Virus record (IMG/VR): IMGVR_UViG_3300027747_002638
Origin: a virus
Direction: 5' to 3' (one strand)
DNA length: 64,000 bases
Below the pieces are notes generated by a model. That model did not search any database and was not told where the DNA came from. It saw only the letters and a program-made list of their open reading frames with translations. The position numbers and the translations under genes are program-made. Shown piece after piece: positions 9,732 to 17,881 of this stretch (position 1 is the stretch's first letter; every line of letters begins with the position of its first letter).

Positions 9732-9920
9732 ATGAAAAGAAAAACAAAATTAGAAATCCTCCTCGGAAATTTAGACAAGGCTTCGGCTGACCTCAAAAAA
9801 GCCGTTGAAGAATCCCAAAAAAGACTCGATGAAAGTTTCGCAAAATACGAACATAAAGTTGAAGTCGCTCATCATAACTCGATGATGGTCAACGAAAAAC
9901 AAATTGAAGAAATAATTTGA
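9732..9920 (+). CDS. small early protein
   Basis: Leaderless promoter TTGCAA-N16-TAAATT-N6-ATG; paralog of 8379..8528. Confidence 0.7.
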   Translation: MKRKTKLEILLGNLDKASADLKKAVEESQKRLDESFAKYEHKVEVAHHNSMMVNEKQIEEII

Positions 9921-9994
9921 CTTTTGCAGGAATTGTGGTAAACTATATACATAAGATAAAAGATAACAAATAACAAAGAAAGAAAAAAAATAAA

Positions 9995-10270
9995 ATGACT
10001 CATAGAATGATAAACTGGAATTTTCAACGAAAACAAATGCGTGAAAATATGCGAAAAAATATGAATGCTTCTGAAGAAGTAATCATAACTAACTCTAACA
10101 ATACACCAACTTACTTTGGTAAAATATACCTTTACGAAGGAACTCTAGTAAAAGTTTCTTATAAAACTTCTGCAAATACTGCGGTTGTAACCTTCCTAGA
10201 AGGTAAAGATAAAGATAAGGTTGGAACTATCAACCTTAATAACGCTAAACTAATAAAGGAAAATAAATAA
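9995..10270 (+). CDS. hypothetical protein, paralog of 10823..11041
   Basis: Shared LVKV...LEGxDKxK motif and near-identical A-rich leader. Confidence 0.65.
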   Translation: MTHRMINWNFQRKQMRENMRKNMNASEEVIITNSNNTPTYFGKIYLYEGTLVKVSYKTSANTAVVTFLEGKDKDKVGTINLNNAKLIKENK

Positions 10271-10444
10271 ATGAATAACGATAATAAAAAACAATTAACT
10301 TCCCAAGAATGGGAAATTCAACGCAAAGAAAAAAATCAAGCTCTTTGGGCTAATCGTAAAAAGCGATGGTCTGAATGGAAAAAGAATAATCCTGAAAAGG
10401 CTAAAGCTCACGCCTTACTAAAGGCAAAACTTAATGGAAAATAA
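10271..10444 (+). CDS. small basic hypothetical protein
   Basis: 57-aa ORF abutting the upstream stop (MNNDNKKQLTSQEWE...). Confidence 0.55.
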   Translation: MNNDNKKQLTSQEWEIQRKEKNQALWANRKKRWSEWKKNNPEKAKAHALLKAKLNGK

Positions 10445-10448
10445 ATAA

Positions 10449-10646
10449 ATGAACATTCAACAATTCGAAGAACTCTTAAAGAATCACGATTGGACTTACC
10501 AAATGAGTGAAGACTCATACTACTATCGTAGGGGTCAAAAACAACTTAAAGAAATTGAAGAAGCTATCGCCCAAGCTGGTGAATCAGAATGGGGCGAAGA
10601 ATATCAAAACCTATATAATCAATATCGTAACAAGTTTGGAGTTTGA
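10449..10646 (+). CDS. hypothetical phage protein
   Basis: LLKNHDWTYQMSED...YRRG motif seen in small phage proteins. Confidence 0.65.
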   Translation: MNIQQFEELLKNHDWTYQMSEDSYYYRRGQKQLKEIEEAIAQAGESEWGEEYQNLYNQYRNKFGV

Positions 10647-10822
10647 CAAAATTAGTTGATGTAAGTTGTTGGATACCAATGACTTACGACGGCAGGGACC
10701 CTTGCGTTGCAAGTCGTTAATGATCAATGAAATTTAAATGAAGATTTTTGTTGCGTTTTCTCTGAAATATGCTAAACTATACTTATAACAAGATAAGAAA
10801 TAACAAAGAAAGAAAAAATAAA

Positions 10823-11041
10823 ATGATAACAATAAATAAAGAACTAACTACAGATGAAAATACTTTTCGATATGGTCACGAAAGACTACTCGTAAAGGTT
10901 TTCCCTTCTACAATCGGTTGGAAAACTATGACTGCAACTGCTGAAATCCTCGAAGGTGAGGACAAAGGTAAATGGACAACCATTTATCTTCGTAGCGGAT
11001 TGTATAATGTCGATACAGATTCTCTTGTCTGGTATCGCTAA
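10823..11041 (+). CDS. hypothetical protein
   Basis: Start after the duplicated A-rich leader (MITINKEL). Confidence 0.6.
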   Translation: MITINKELTTDENTFRYGHERLLVKVFPSTIGWKTMTATAEILEGEDKGKWTTIYLRSGLYNVDTDSLVWYR

Positions 11042-11103
11042 ATCGTTAATAATCAAAGAGAAAAAAAGTTTGACAAAATAAGAAAGTGTGATAGATTAAA
11101 GGT

Positions 11104-11505
11104 ATGACATACGAAAAAAGAAAACAAAAAGAAATAGCAACTCAACAAGCCAACAGAGCTGAAAAAGCTAGGCTCACAGCAGAAAAGGCTGAACTTTTCA
11201 AAAGTCTCAACATCCAAATTGGTGACTTCATCGAAATAACAACCTCGAAAGGTAGTGAAGTTTTGTTCGTGGAAGATTCTGCGAATACTTACGACACTTT
11301 GCCTTTCCTCAAAAACATTCTTTTCCTCTCATTCAGAGGAATCAATGGTGCTGGCATCGTTGGGATGACTTGTCTCCTCGATGTTGTGGAAGTTAAAAAA
11401 GTAAAAGGAAGCATCGCACTTCTACAAGAAGTTGAACAAGCGATGAAAGTTTCAAACCGAATCTTTCAAAGCTATAACGAAGCTGGAAGTTATAAAGGAG
11501 ACTAA
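11104..11505 (+). CDS. hypothetical early protein
   Basis: TTGACA-N16-TAGATT-N6-ATG leaderless promoter. Confidence 0.7.
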   Translation: MTYEKRKQKEIATQQANRAEKARLTAEKAELFKSLNIQIGDFIEITTSKGSEVLFVEDSANTYDTLPFLKNILFLSFRGINGAGIVGMTCLLDVVEVKKVKGSIALLQEVEQAMKVSNRIFQSYNEAGSYKGD

Positions 11506-11851
11506 TGAAAAAAATACTTTTCAAAATAAATAAAAAAACTTTTCGTCTTGCTGTAAAAAATGGTGAGAAGAAAAACTTTTTGCGTGAAAGATTTTTTTAC
11601 TACATCTCTGCGAGTTGTTTGAATCTTAGAGACCTCTTGTAAATAACTCACTATCAACGAGTTACGAGCGCAGGGAGGCCCCGCGCGCAAACCCTTGACT
11701 ATCAACGACTTACATAAGGCTAAACAGGACACATCATTTTAATGTTATGATTTCCTATTAAAATATTTCGTATTTAGTATTAGGCATTCTTCTATTTGAT
11801 TTTTTATAAAATAAAACTTGTGCTAAAAATAATCTGTGATACATTTAATTT

Positions 11852-12016
11852 ATGACAAACGAAATCACATCCCTAGCGACGGAAACCTGCGAGGAAGCCT
11901 ATGTGGACGCTAATGCGTTCTTTGACTACATCAATTCCAATGATGTGGTTAACTCGATGCTCGATGCGTTGAGTGGGGTTTACGATTCGGTCGAAACTAT
12001 TGTGGAGGTCAAATAA
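11852..12016 (+). CDS. small acidic protein
   Basis: 54 aa, MTNEITSLATETCEEAY...; leaderless promoter TTGTGC-N16-TACATT-N6-ATG. Confidence 0.6.
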   Translation: MTNEITSLATETCEEAYVDANAFFDYINSNDVVNSMLDALSGVYDSVETIVEVK

Positions 12017-12017
12017 T

Positions 12018-12281
12018 ATGGACTACAAAGCCTCTCTCAAGGAGTGGATGAGTCAGCACATGCTGTCTCCGTTGGATGTGCGCGACATCCTTAACCAGAT
12101 GCGCGAGGATGACCGCGCTATCAAATCCGAAACATCAGACGAGCCAAACGATTCTATGGATGGCGACTTCGACTCTGCTATGGCTTCTGCTGGCCACGGC
12201 ACTGATGAGGATTACAATGGTGGATGTTACCAGATGGAAGACTTTGGTTGGGCTGGTGACGAAAACCTCTGTGGAGAATAA
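12018..12281 (+). CDS. acidic hypothetical protein
   Basis: MDYKASLKEW...SMDGDFDSAMASAGHGTDEDY; D/E-rich. Confidence 0.65.
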   Translation: MDYKASLKEWMSQHMLSPLDVRDILNQMREDDRAIKSETSDEPNDSMDGDFDSAMASAGHGTDEDYNGGCYQMEDFGWAGDENLCGE

Positions 12282-12284
12282 TAT

Positions 12285-12422
12285 ATGATTGATATATTCG
12301 ATGACGAAAAAACCCTAAAAATTTGGGCAAAAAAAATGTTAGATGATCAAGCTATGGAGCGAGCTTTAGAAACTCAAGCAGAACTTGATTCTGACCATAT
12401 GCGTGATATGGGAGAGTCTTAA
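12285..12422 (+). CDS. small acidic protein
   Basis: 45 aa, MIDIFDDEKTLKIW...; its stop abuts the module at 12422. Confidence 0.5.
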   Translation: MIDIFDDEKTLKIWAKKMLDDQAMERALETQAELDSDHMRDMGES

Positions 12423-12726
12423 TAAGTTGCTAATAGTCAACGACTTACGGCCGCAGGGACGCCGCCGATGTAAATCCTTGATAATCAAAGACTTACACCA
12501 GCAATTTTTTACATAGAGGCTCGCCAACCTTCAAAAACTTCGTCAATCTCTCTCTGCTTTTGCACAAAACTTTTGTTTGTATCGAGTGGAGGATTTTCAT
12601 TATCACCCCACGGATAAAAACTTTCTAAATTTTCGTTTAATAGTTTTTCTATATTCATTTTGACATTTTGAATGTTAGAGTTAATCCTAATATCACAAGA
12701 CATAAAAATATTTCCATTTAGACATC

Positions 12727-13362
12727 TTAATGCTTTTTATAATCTATTGCAAACTCATTCTTATCCCAACACTTGCGACAATCACCGCACTTGTTCCCTT
12801 GTTTAGAAGATGGGCAGTTAAAGTTTCCTAGCTTGCTCGCACCGCTAACGCACAAGCCAAGGCGTTGTGCAATTCCTACGGGTGCGGGGCCATCCATCAT
12901 AAGAGCAGACAAACGGATGGTAAGATTACTAGGCACTTCTCCACCTTGTTCGATATAGGTTGAGACAAAAGCATATTCACGAGTTGGAAGCCAAAAAGAA
13001 ATGTGAGGAAGATTCTTTGCAATCTTCACAATCTTTTCAATATGCCAAACACCTTGCAAGTCTCCTGAATCGTGCCACCTGAAATGTGGATTCTTAACTT
13101 TACCAATCAAATAAGTCATAGCGTCCACCCACAAATCGTTAGTAAGAGAAGCGAAACGCTTTTCCATAGCTTTCTGAACATTGGGGAAAACATAACGCCC
13201 TTTAAGAGCATAGCAAAAAGCACAAATGCTTCCTACAACATTCCGCATTTTTTGCCCGATAAGACAACGTTTTGCGGGCGTTGAGTAAGCATATCCAGGC
13301 ATCTTCGAGGGTTTTGAGAGTGTGCCAACAATCTCTTCGGCTTGTTTTTTGTTTTTGAACAT
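12727..13362 (-). CDS. GP88-like protein (phage gene product 88 family)
   Basis: SKMPG...C...ICAFCYALKG...FRWHDSGD...FWLPTRE...C-terminal CxxCxxCW. Confidence 0.8.
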   Translation of the reverse strand: MFKNKKQAEEIVGTLSKPSKMPGYAYSTPAKRCLIGQKMRNVVGSICAFCYALKGRYVFPNVQKAMEKRFASLTNDLWVDAMTYLIGKVKNPHFRWHDSGDLQGVWHIEKIVKIAKNLPHISFWLPTREYAFVSTYIEQGGEVPSNLTIRLSALMMDGPAPVGIAQRLGLCVSGASKLGNFNCPSSKQGNKCGDCRKCWDKNEFAIDYKKH

Positions 13363-13474
13363 AGAATTAGATTAACACTTTTTTTTCTTGTGACAAGTTT
13401 TTTTTACAATTAAATCTCGTTGACTATCAATGACTTACGACGGCAGGGACCCCGCTTGCGTAAGTAGTTAATAC

Positions 13475-14311
13475 TTAAGCAGTTACAGCTTCTTCTTCTT
13501 GAATTTCTTCGCTTTCTTTTCTATCAACAAAAGCGTCAAATCTTTTTTGTGCTTTGCTAGAAGCTGAGATGATAAAGTTTGTATCTTTTTTTAATACTTC
13601 TAACCAATTGGAAAGATAGCTGGCAGAATTGTTAAAACATTTTTCAGAATCAATTCCGCAGAAGTTAAGACAAAGACTAGCAAAAATCTCAGCGGTCAAT
13701 TCTTCTTTGCTATAATTCTGAGAACCAAAACCATTCTTAACATTATCGCCTGTGCTTTTATGCATAGCGTGGCCGATCTCATGAAATGCTGTGGAGTAAT
13801 ACTCCTCAACGCTGTTAAAGTTTTCTTTTGGGGGTAAATCAATCTTATGATCTTCTGGATAGTAACAGGCACGACTGCCACCATACTTAATCTGAATCAC
13901 GCACTTGTTGATTAACTTTTCTGCTTCTTCTACTGGTGAGAAATCCAACTTCTGGACTTCTGGCTGTTTCCACTTCATACCTTCAATATCACTCAAACCA
14001 AAAACCTTGTAGAATCTCATAAGAGGAAAGCCACCTGATTCATCATCTTTCTTTTTTAATAGTTTGTAATAAACTACCATGTGAGACTTAGCGCCTTTTT
14101 TGATTTTTCCACCTAGCTCTTTAATCTGATTAAATGTAAAAAAGAAATCATCAGAAGCTACCATGCGAAGTAAGAATTGATTAATGCCTCGATAACCTTT
14201 TTTGGAAACTCCGTTGCAAAGATCAAAAACTTTCCAAGGCTTCTGCCAAGGAATGACTCCTTTGTTGAGGGCTTCGATGAACTTTTCTGTGATAATTTCG
14301 TTTACTTTCAT
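13475..14311 (-). CDS. ardC: ArdC-like antirestriction protein (ssDNA-binding + zincin domain)
   Basis: GVIPWQKPW, YRGIN, TFNQI..LGGKIKKG, YYSTAFHEIGH, YSKEELTAEI. Confidence 0.88.
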   Translation of the reverse strand: MKVNEIITEKFIEALNKGVIPWQKPWKVFDLCNGVSKKGYRGINQFLLRMVASDDFFFTFNQIKELGGKIKKGAKSHMVVYYKLLKKKDDESGGFPLMRFYKVFGLSDIEGMKWKQPEVQKLDFSPVEEAEKLINKCVIQIKYGGSRACYYPEDHKIDLPPKENFNSVEEYYSTAFHEIGHAMHKSTGDNVKNGFGSQNYSKEELTAEIFASLCLNFCGIDSEKCFNNSASYLSNWLEVLKKDTNFIISASSKAQKRFDAFVDRKESEEIQEEEAVTA

Positions 14312-14463
14312 AGCTTAAATATATCAGAAATTTGTTTTTTGTCTACATTTAAATTTCATTGAGTATCAACGACTTATAGCACAAGAGCCCCTGCTTATGC
14401 AAGTGTTTGACTATCAAAGAGATAAAAATATTGATTTAAAACCAATATAGTGTAATATAAGTT

Positions 14464-14640
14464 ATGAAGGTTTCTGGTTTACTTGAATCGTCTGCTCTAT
14501 ATAAAAAGTTTGTTGAAGAGCGAAATGAAATCCTAAAGCACAAATGGCTCGAAAGCGAAAAAGCTGGCCACGATATTGGTTTTGAAAAAGCTCTGTTAGA
14601 TTGGGTTTTCAATCACAGAGAAAAATGGCGTAATAAATAA
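14464..14640 (+). CDS. DUF4032-like small protein (Verrucomicrobia-type)
   Basis: SALYKKFVEERNEILKHKWLESEKAGHDIGFEKALLDW; 58 aa, missed by the ORF track. Confidence 0.7.
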   Translation: MKVSGLLESSALYKKFVEERNEILKHKWLESEKAGHDIGFEKALLDWVFNHREKWRNK

Positions 14641-14852
14641 TTCTTCGACCCTCTACGCTCATGATTTCGTAAAGGAATATCCTGCTCCTCTACCGCCTCT
14701 GACTCTGGGCGTTGGCAGGTTCATCCTCTTATGGGAGTTAGTCAGACTCGCCAAGAGAAGTATTGGCGTTCCGTTATATATAATCAATGTTGCCATTGAA
14801 AACTTTCCAGAACTGCAACCTTTCGGTCAACCTTCTCTGATATCGAAGAACT
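14641..14852 (-). ncRNA. candidate ~210-nt structured ncRNA
   Basis: Own promoter TTGCAC-N16-TAAGAT with no ATG at +1; ends pair (UUCUUCGA/UCGAAGAA); GNRA-capped hairpins. Confidence 0.6.
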
Positions 14853-14887
14853 AAAACTATCTTAACATACTTTTGTTTATGTGCAAT

Positions 14888-14915
14888 AAAAAAGGCGAGG
14901 TTTTTACGCCTCGCC
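14888..14915 (-). terminator. intrinsic terminator
   Basis: GGCGAGG/CCTCGCC stem followed by a T-run on the minus strand, downstream of 14940..15206. Confidence 0.75.
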
Positions 14916-14939
14916 CTTTCTATAATGTCTTTCTGTAGT

Positions 14940-15206
14940 TTAAACTGGCGAAAGACCACCAGCGATTCGATCATAGCGGAATTGCTTCACGCCAGAATCC
15001 ATACGACCAGAAAAGCAGAAGCTAGTGAATAGCTTGTTCCCTGCCTTGCTGATGGTATGAGAAGAAGGCTTGCTGATGATGTAAGTATAGACATCATTCT
15101 TGCCGTAGGGTTTGTATTCGATTAAATACCTTTGCCCCAAGAGGAAAAGGACGAAGTGTTTCAGATATGAGGTTGCGTATATGATTGCGTTTTTGATTTT
15201 GTTCAT
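14940..15206 (-). CDS. hypothetical early protein
   Basis: Leaderless promoter TTGTGA-N16-TATATT-N6-ATG. Confidence 0.65.
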   Translation of the reverse strand: MNKIKNAIIYATSYLKHFVLFLLGQRYLIEYKPYGKNDVYTYIISKPSSHTISKAGNKLFTSFCFSGRMDSGVKQFRYDRIAGGLSPV

Positions 15207-15336
15207 AGATTAAATATACCATACCTTTGTTTTTTCACAAGAAAAATCTTAAATTAAATCTCGTTGATGGTCAACGACTTACGCGCGCAGGGACCCGCCT
15301 TTTGTAACTACTTAATAATCAAATACTTATAATAGT

Positions 15337-15498
15337 TTAATCTTCTTGTTCTTTCCAATTAGGATGAGCTTTAACCCATTTATGCCAAACGATTTCCAAG
15401 CCAGCAAGATGCTTTTCTATTTCAGCAATAAGCCTTGGATCTTCATCTCGAAGAACCCTCTTCTCAAGTATTTTGCTTATTCTATTTTCGTTTTTCAT
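15337..15498 (-). CDS. small hypothetical protein
   Basis: 53-aa ORF, MKNENRISKILEKR... Confidence 0.5.
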   Translation of the reverse strand: MKNENRISKILEKRVLRDEDPRLIAEIEKHLAGLEIVWHKWVKAHPNWKEQED

Positions 15499-15771
15499 AT
15501 CAGTATATATTACAATTATTTGTAAAATATTTCAACTATTTATTATATACTGTTAGATATTTAGGAAAATCTATTTTAGATGTGTAATTAGTATTTTGAT
15601 TAACTCTTGTACTCCACCCCAGCAAATCGTTAGCATTAAACATAAAATAAAAAACTCTACGCCAAATTTCTCAAAAACATTTCTCACATAAATAGAATAC
15701 ATTCTATTTTTTATTTAGAGAAAATATTTCGTAATGTCGCTCTCTTTAGTGCAAGTTTTCATAAAAATTCT

Positions 15772-15844
15772 CGCTCTCGGCAGGATTCAAACCTGCGATC
15801 TATTGATTAGAAATCAATTGCATTATTCGCTATGCTACGAGAGC
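15772..15844 (-). tRNA. tRNA-Arg(TCT)
   Basis: Cloverleaf GCTCTCG...ATTGA-TT-TCT-AA-TCAAT...GCAGG-TTTGAAT-CCTGC-CGAGAGC-G; no encoded CCA. Confidence 0.85.
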
Positions 15845-15853
15845 GATAAAGTT

Positions 15854-15926
15854 TCGCCTAGGTCAGACTCGAACTGACACTTGAACGATTTTAAGTCGTT
15901 TGCCTCTGCCATTGGGCTACTAGGCG
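15854..15926 (-). tRNA. tRNA-Leu(TAA), short variable loop
   Basis: CGCCTAG acceptor, AACGA-CT-TAA-AA-TCGTT anticodon arm, 5-nt variable loop, A73. Confidence 0.85.
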
Positions 15927-15932
15927 GATTGT

Positions 15933-16319
15933 TTAGCTGTCAGTATCTAACTTTTCAGCAGAAATAGTGCCGAGAGAATAGATGTCCTCGACTTGTGCTG
16001 TGCGAACAAAATGTTCGTTTGGAATATTATCAATAGTGTTCTTCACTCGATTCATAGCAACTGCTTTTAATCCACCTTTAGCACCACGGAACTTCTTTCC
16101 AAGTTTATCGCTCAAACTACTCATAATATACTTAAACATCACTCGCTCCAACTTTTCGAGAGTAATCCAAAAATAAGCAAAGTCATTACTCATCCATTGA
16201 AGCTCTCCGTTTGTTCCACCCCAATTATAGACTCGATTGTGGAACTGCTGAATCTCGTCCTTGTTACCTTTAATTCCAATAACCCAATGTGCTCCGAGGT
16301 TTTGTTTCATTAATTTCAT
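15933..16319 (-). CDS. hypothetical early protein, paralog of 8648..9067
   Basis: VYNWGGTNGEL...SLGTISAEK; leaderless TTGACA promoter. Confidence 0.7.
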   Translation of the reverse strand: MKLMKQNLGAHWVIGIKGNKDEIQQFHNRVYNWGGTNGELQWMSNDFAYFWITLEKLERVMFKYIMSSLSDKLGKKFRGAKGGLKAVAMNRVKNTIDNIPNEHFVRTAQVEDIYSLGTISAEKLDTDS

Positions 16320-16447
16320 AGTTTATAGTTTATCCTGTTCTTGTTTTTTGTCAATACTTTTATTGTTAAAATACCAATCTATATCTTCTTGAGTTGTTTC
16401 TGTATGCTTACTATAAGAGTTGAGCATCCAATCCGCACAAGGAGAAG

Positions 16448-16519
16448 TGGGCAAGGCTGGACTCGAACCAGCACTAGGAGAATTATGAGTTCTCTGTTTC
16501 ACCTTTAAACTACTTGCCC
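16448..16519 (-). tRNA. tRNA with CAT anticodon (Ile2 or elongator Met)
   Basis: GGGCAAG acceptor, GAGAA-CT-CAT-AA-TTCTC, GCTGG-TTCGAGT-CCAGC; no fMet features. Confidence 0.85.
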
Positions 16520-16711
16520 CACTTTAGCAGGAAAGCTCGAAGGTTTTGGCACTTGAAAGAACTCTACTGCAAAAGCCTTGGCGTAATTTTCCAAGTCTTT
16601 CAGAGAGCAAGTCTCTTTCGGTGTGCACATGCGGATTGAGGTGTTTAGGATGATGGCTCGGTCTTTACCGAACACATTCACCACATAGAATGGAATTGTT
16701 TTGTTTGTCAT
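16505..16711 (-). CDS. hypothetical protein
   Basis: Leaderless start MTNKTIPF after TTGACT-N16-TATATT; 3' end overlaps the tRNA. Confidence 0.55.
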   Translation of the reverse strand: MTNKTIPFYVVNVFGKDRAIILNTSIRMCTPKETCSLKDLENYAKAFAVEFFQVPKPSSFPAKVGQVV

Positions 16712-16778
16712 AGGTTTAATATACAACAATTAGAGAAATAGTCAATAAAAATAATTCGTTGAATGATAAGGCTTTACA

Positions 16779-16869
16779 TACTAGGGGAAGGATTCGAACC
16801 TTCATTACGCTCAAATCTAGAGCTTCACGAGTATAAGTCGTGGGTCTTAACCAGTTAGACGACCCTAGC
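16779..16869 (-). tRNA. tRNA with TAT anticodon (Ile by anticodon) and long variable arm
   Basis: GCTAGGG/CCCTAGT acceptor, CACGA-CT-TAT-AC-TCGTG, 22-nt variable region with a GCTC/GAGC stem, GAAGG-TTCGAAT-CCTTC. Confidence 0.8.
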
Positions 16870-16908
16870 AATCAACACCAAGCCGTAGCTCAATGTCAGC
16901 CTCCGAAG

Positions 16909-17067
16909 TTATCCACCGATTTTCTTGATGGTAACTTTCGTTCCATCAGGCCAAGAGCGGATGACCTTACGCCAAAACTCCGCTTCTTGCTCGGCATCTT
17001 CCATCTTCGAGTGCATATCTTCACTCACACGGACTCCATCTCGCAAAACGATATACTTAAGATTCAT
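16909..17067 (-). CDS. small hypothetical protein
   Basis: 52 aa, MNLKYIVLRDGVRVSEDMH...; overlaps the upstream ORF stop. Confidence 0.55.
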   Translation of the reverse strand: MNLKYIVLRDGVRVSEDMHSKMEDAEQEAEFWRKVIRSWPDGTKVTIKKIGG

Positions 17068-17293
17068 TTTCTACCTCCAATGCTACTGCGTTGTCAAACA
17101 TTGAGCCACCATCTACTGCATCACAAATAACGATGTCATTACTGCCATCATCACCAGCATATACAGCTCGTAGTTTTCTTGTTTGACTATGTTCTTTTTT
17201 TGTCCATTGACTCTCTGGAACGCCGAGGACTTGCAGAGCCTCAACTCTCTCTGGTGAAAGTGCTTCACCGCTTACTGCACATTTATATGTCAT
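17057..17293 (-). CDS. hypothetical protein (DksA/TraR-finger-like N-terminus)
   Basis: YKCAVSGEALSPERVEAL resembles a degenerate CxxCGxxIxxxRLEA motif. Confidence 0.45.
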   Translation of the reverse strand: MTYKCAVSGEALSPERVEALQVLGVPESQWTKKEHSQTRKLRAVYAGDDGSNDIVICDAVDGGSMFDNAVALEVENES

Positions 17294-17300
17294 AATCGGA

Positions 17301-17714
17301 TTATACCGCTAATTGTTCTGGTGTCAAGTGAATTTCTGCTGGGGGTTCTGGAAGAACATTATTCTTCCGAGGACGGCCACGGCCACGCTTCTCACCATTA
17401 GGCATAGTTGCAGTTGCAACATAAGCTGATAGTTTTTCTTTTAGTTGGATGAATCGTTTGTCTGCATCTTCACGATCAATACAAGTGAATGCCCAATCGC
17501 CCCATTGACTATCGCTAGGATACATTTCAGCAGGAGGCATCTTCACACCTGCAATTTCATATCCATTGTGACGCTTAATAGCAATCACTTCATAGTTAAA
17601 AGCTTCGCTGTCATCTTCATCGAGTTTCTTTTTATAGATAGCAACATCTCCATCACGACCAACCATCGTGAACTTAAATCCTCGACTGGTAAATGTTTCT
17701 TCAAGAGTTTTCAA
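17301..17714 (-). CDS. hypothetical protein with C-terminal AT-hook
   Basis: KRGRGRPRK motif; TTG start after an AGGAG Shine-Dalgarno. Confidence 0.65.
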   Translation of the reverse strand: MKTLEETFTSRGFKFTMVGRDGDVAIYKKKLDEDDSEAFNYEVIAIKRHNGYEIAGVKMPPAEMYPSDSQWGDWAFTCIDREDADKRFIQLKEKLSAYVATATMPNGEKRGRGRPRKNNVLPEPPAEIHLTPEQLAV

Positions 17715-17881
17715 TTTTTACTCCTTTAGGAAGCCACGCTTCCAAAGTCAGACCTTCTCCAATATATCCGACTTGAGTTTCAGTTTTAGTTTTAGGGTCA
17801 GTTGCGTATAGTGCGTAGCCACCCTCCTTTAGTTTTTTGGCTTTAGTGATTTCCATTAGATAATCTTACTATACTTTTAGA

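Noticed and set aside
14774-14974. 66-aa minus-strand ORF
   Set aside because: It spans a terminator, a promoter and the structured RNA candidate.
15884-15900. AACGACTTA in tRNA-Leu (and CACGACTTA in the TAT tRNA) as repeat half-boxes
   Set aside because: These are anticodon arms; there is no partner half-site or 21-bp spacer, so the match is likely coincidental.
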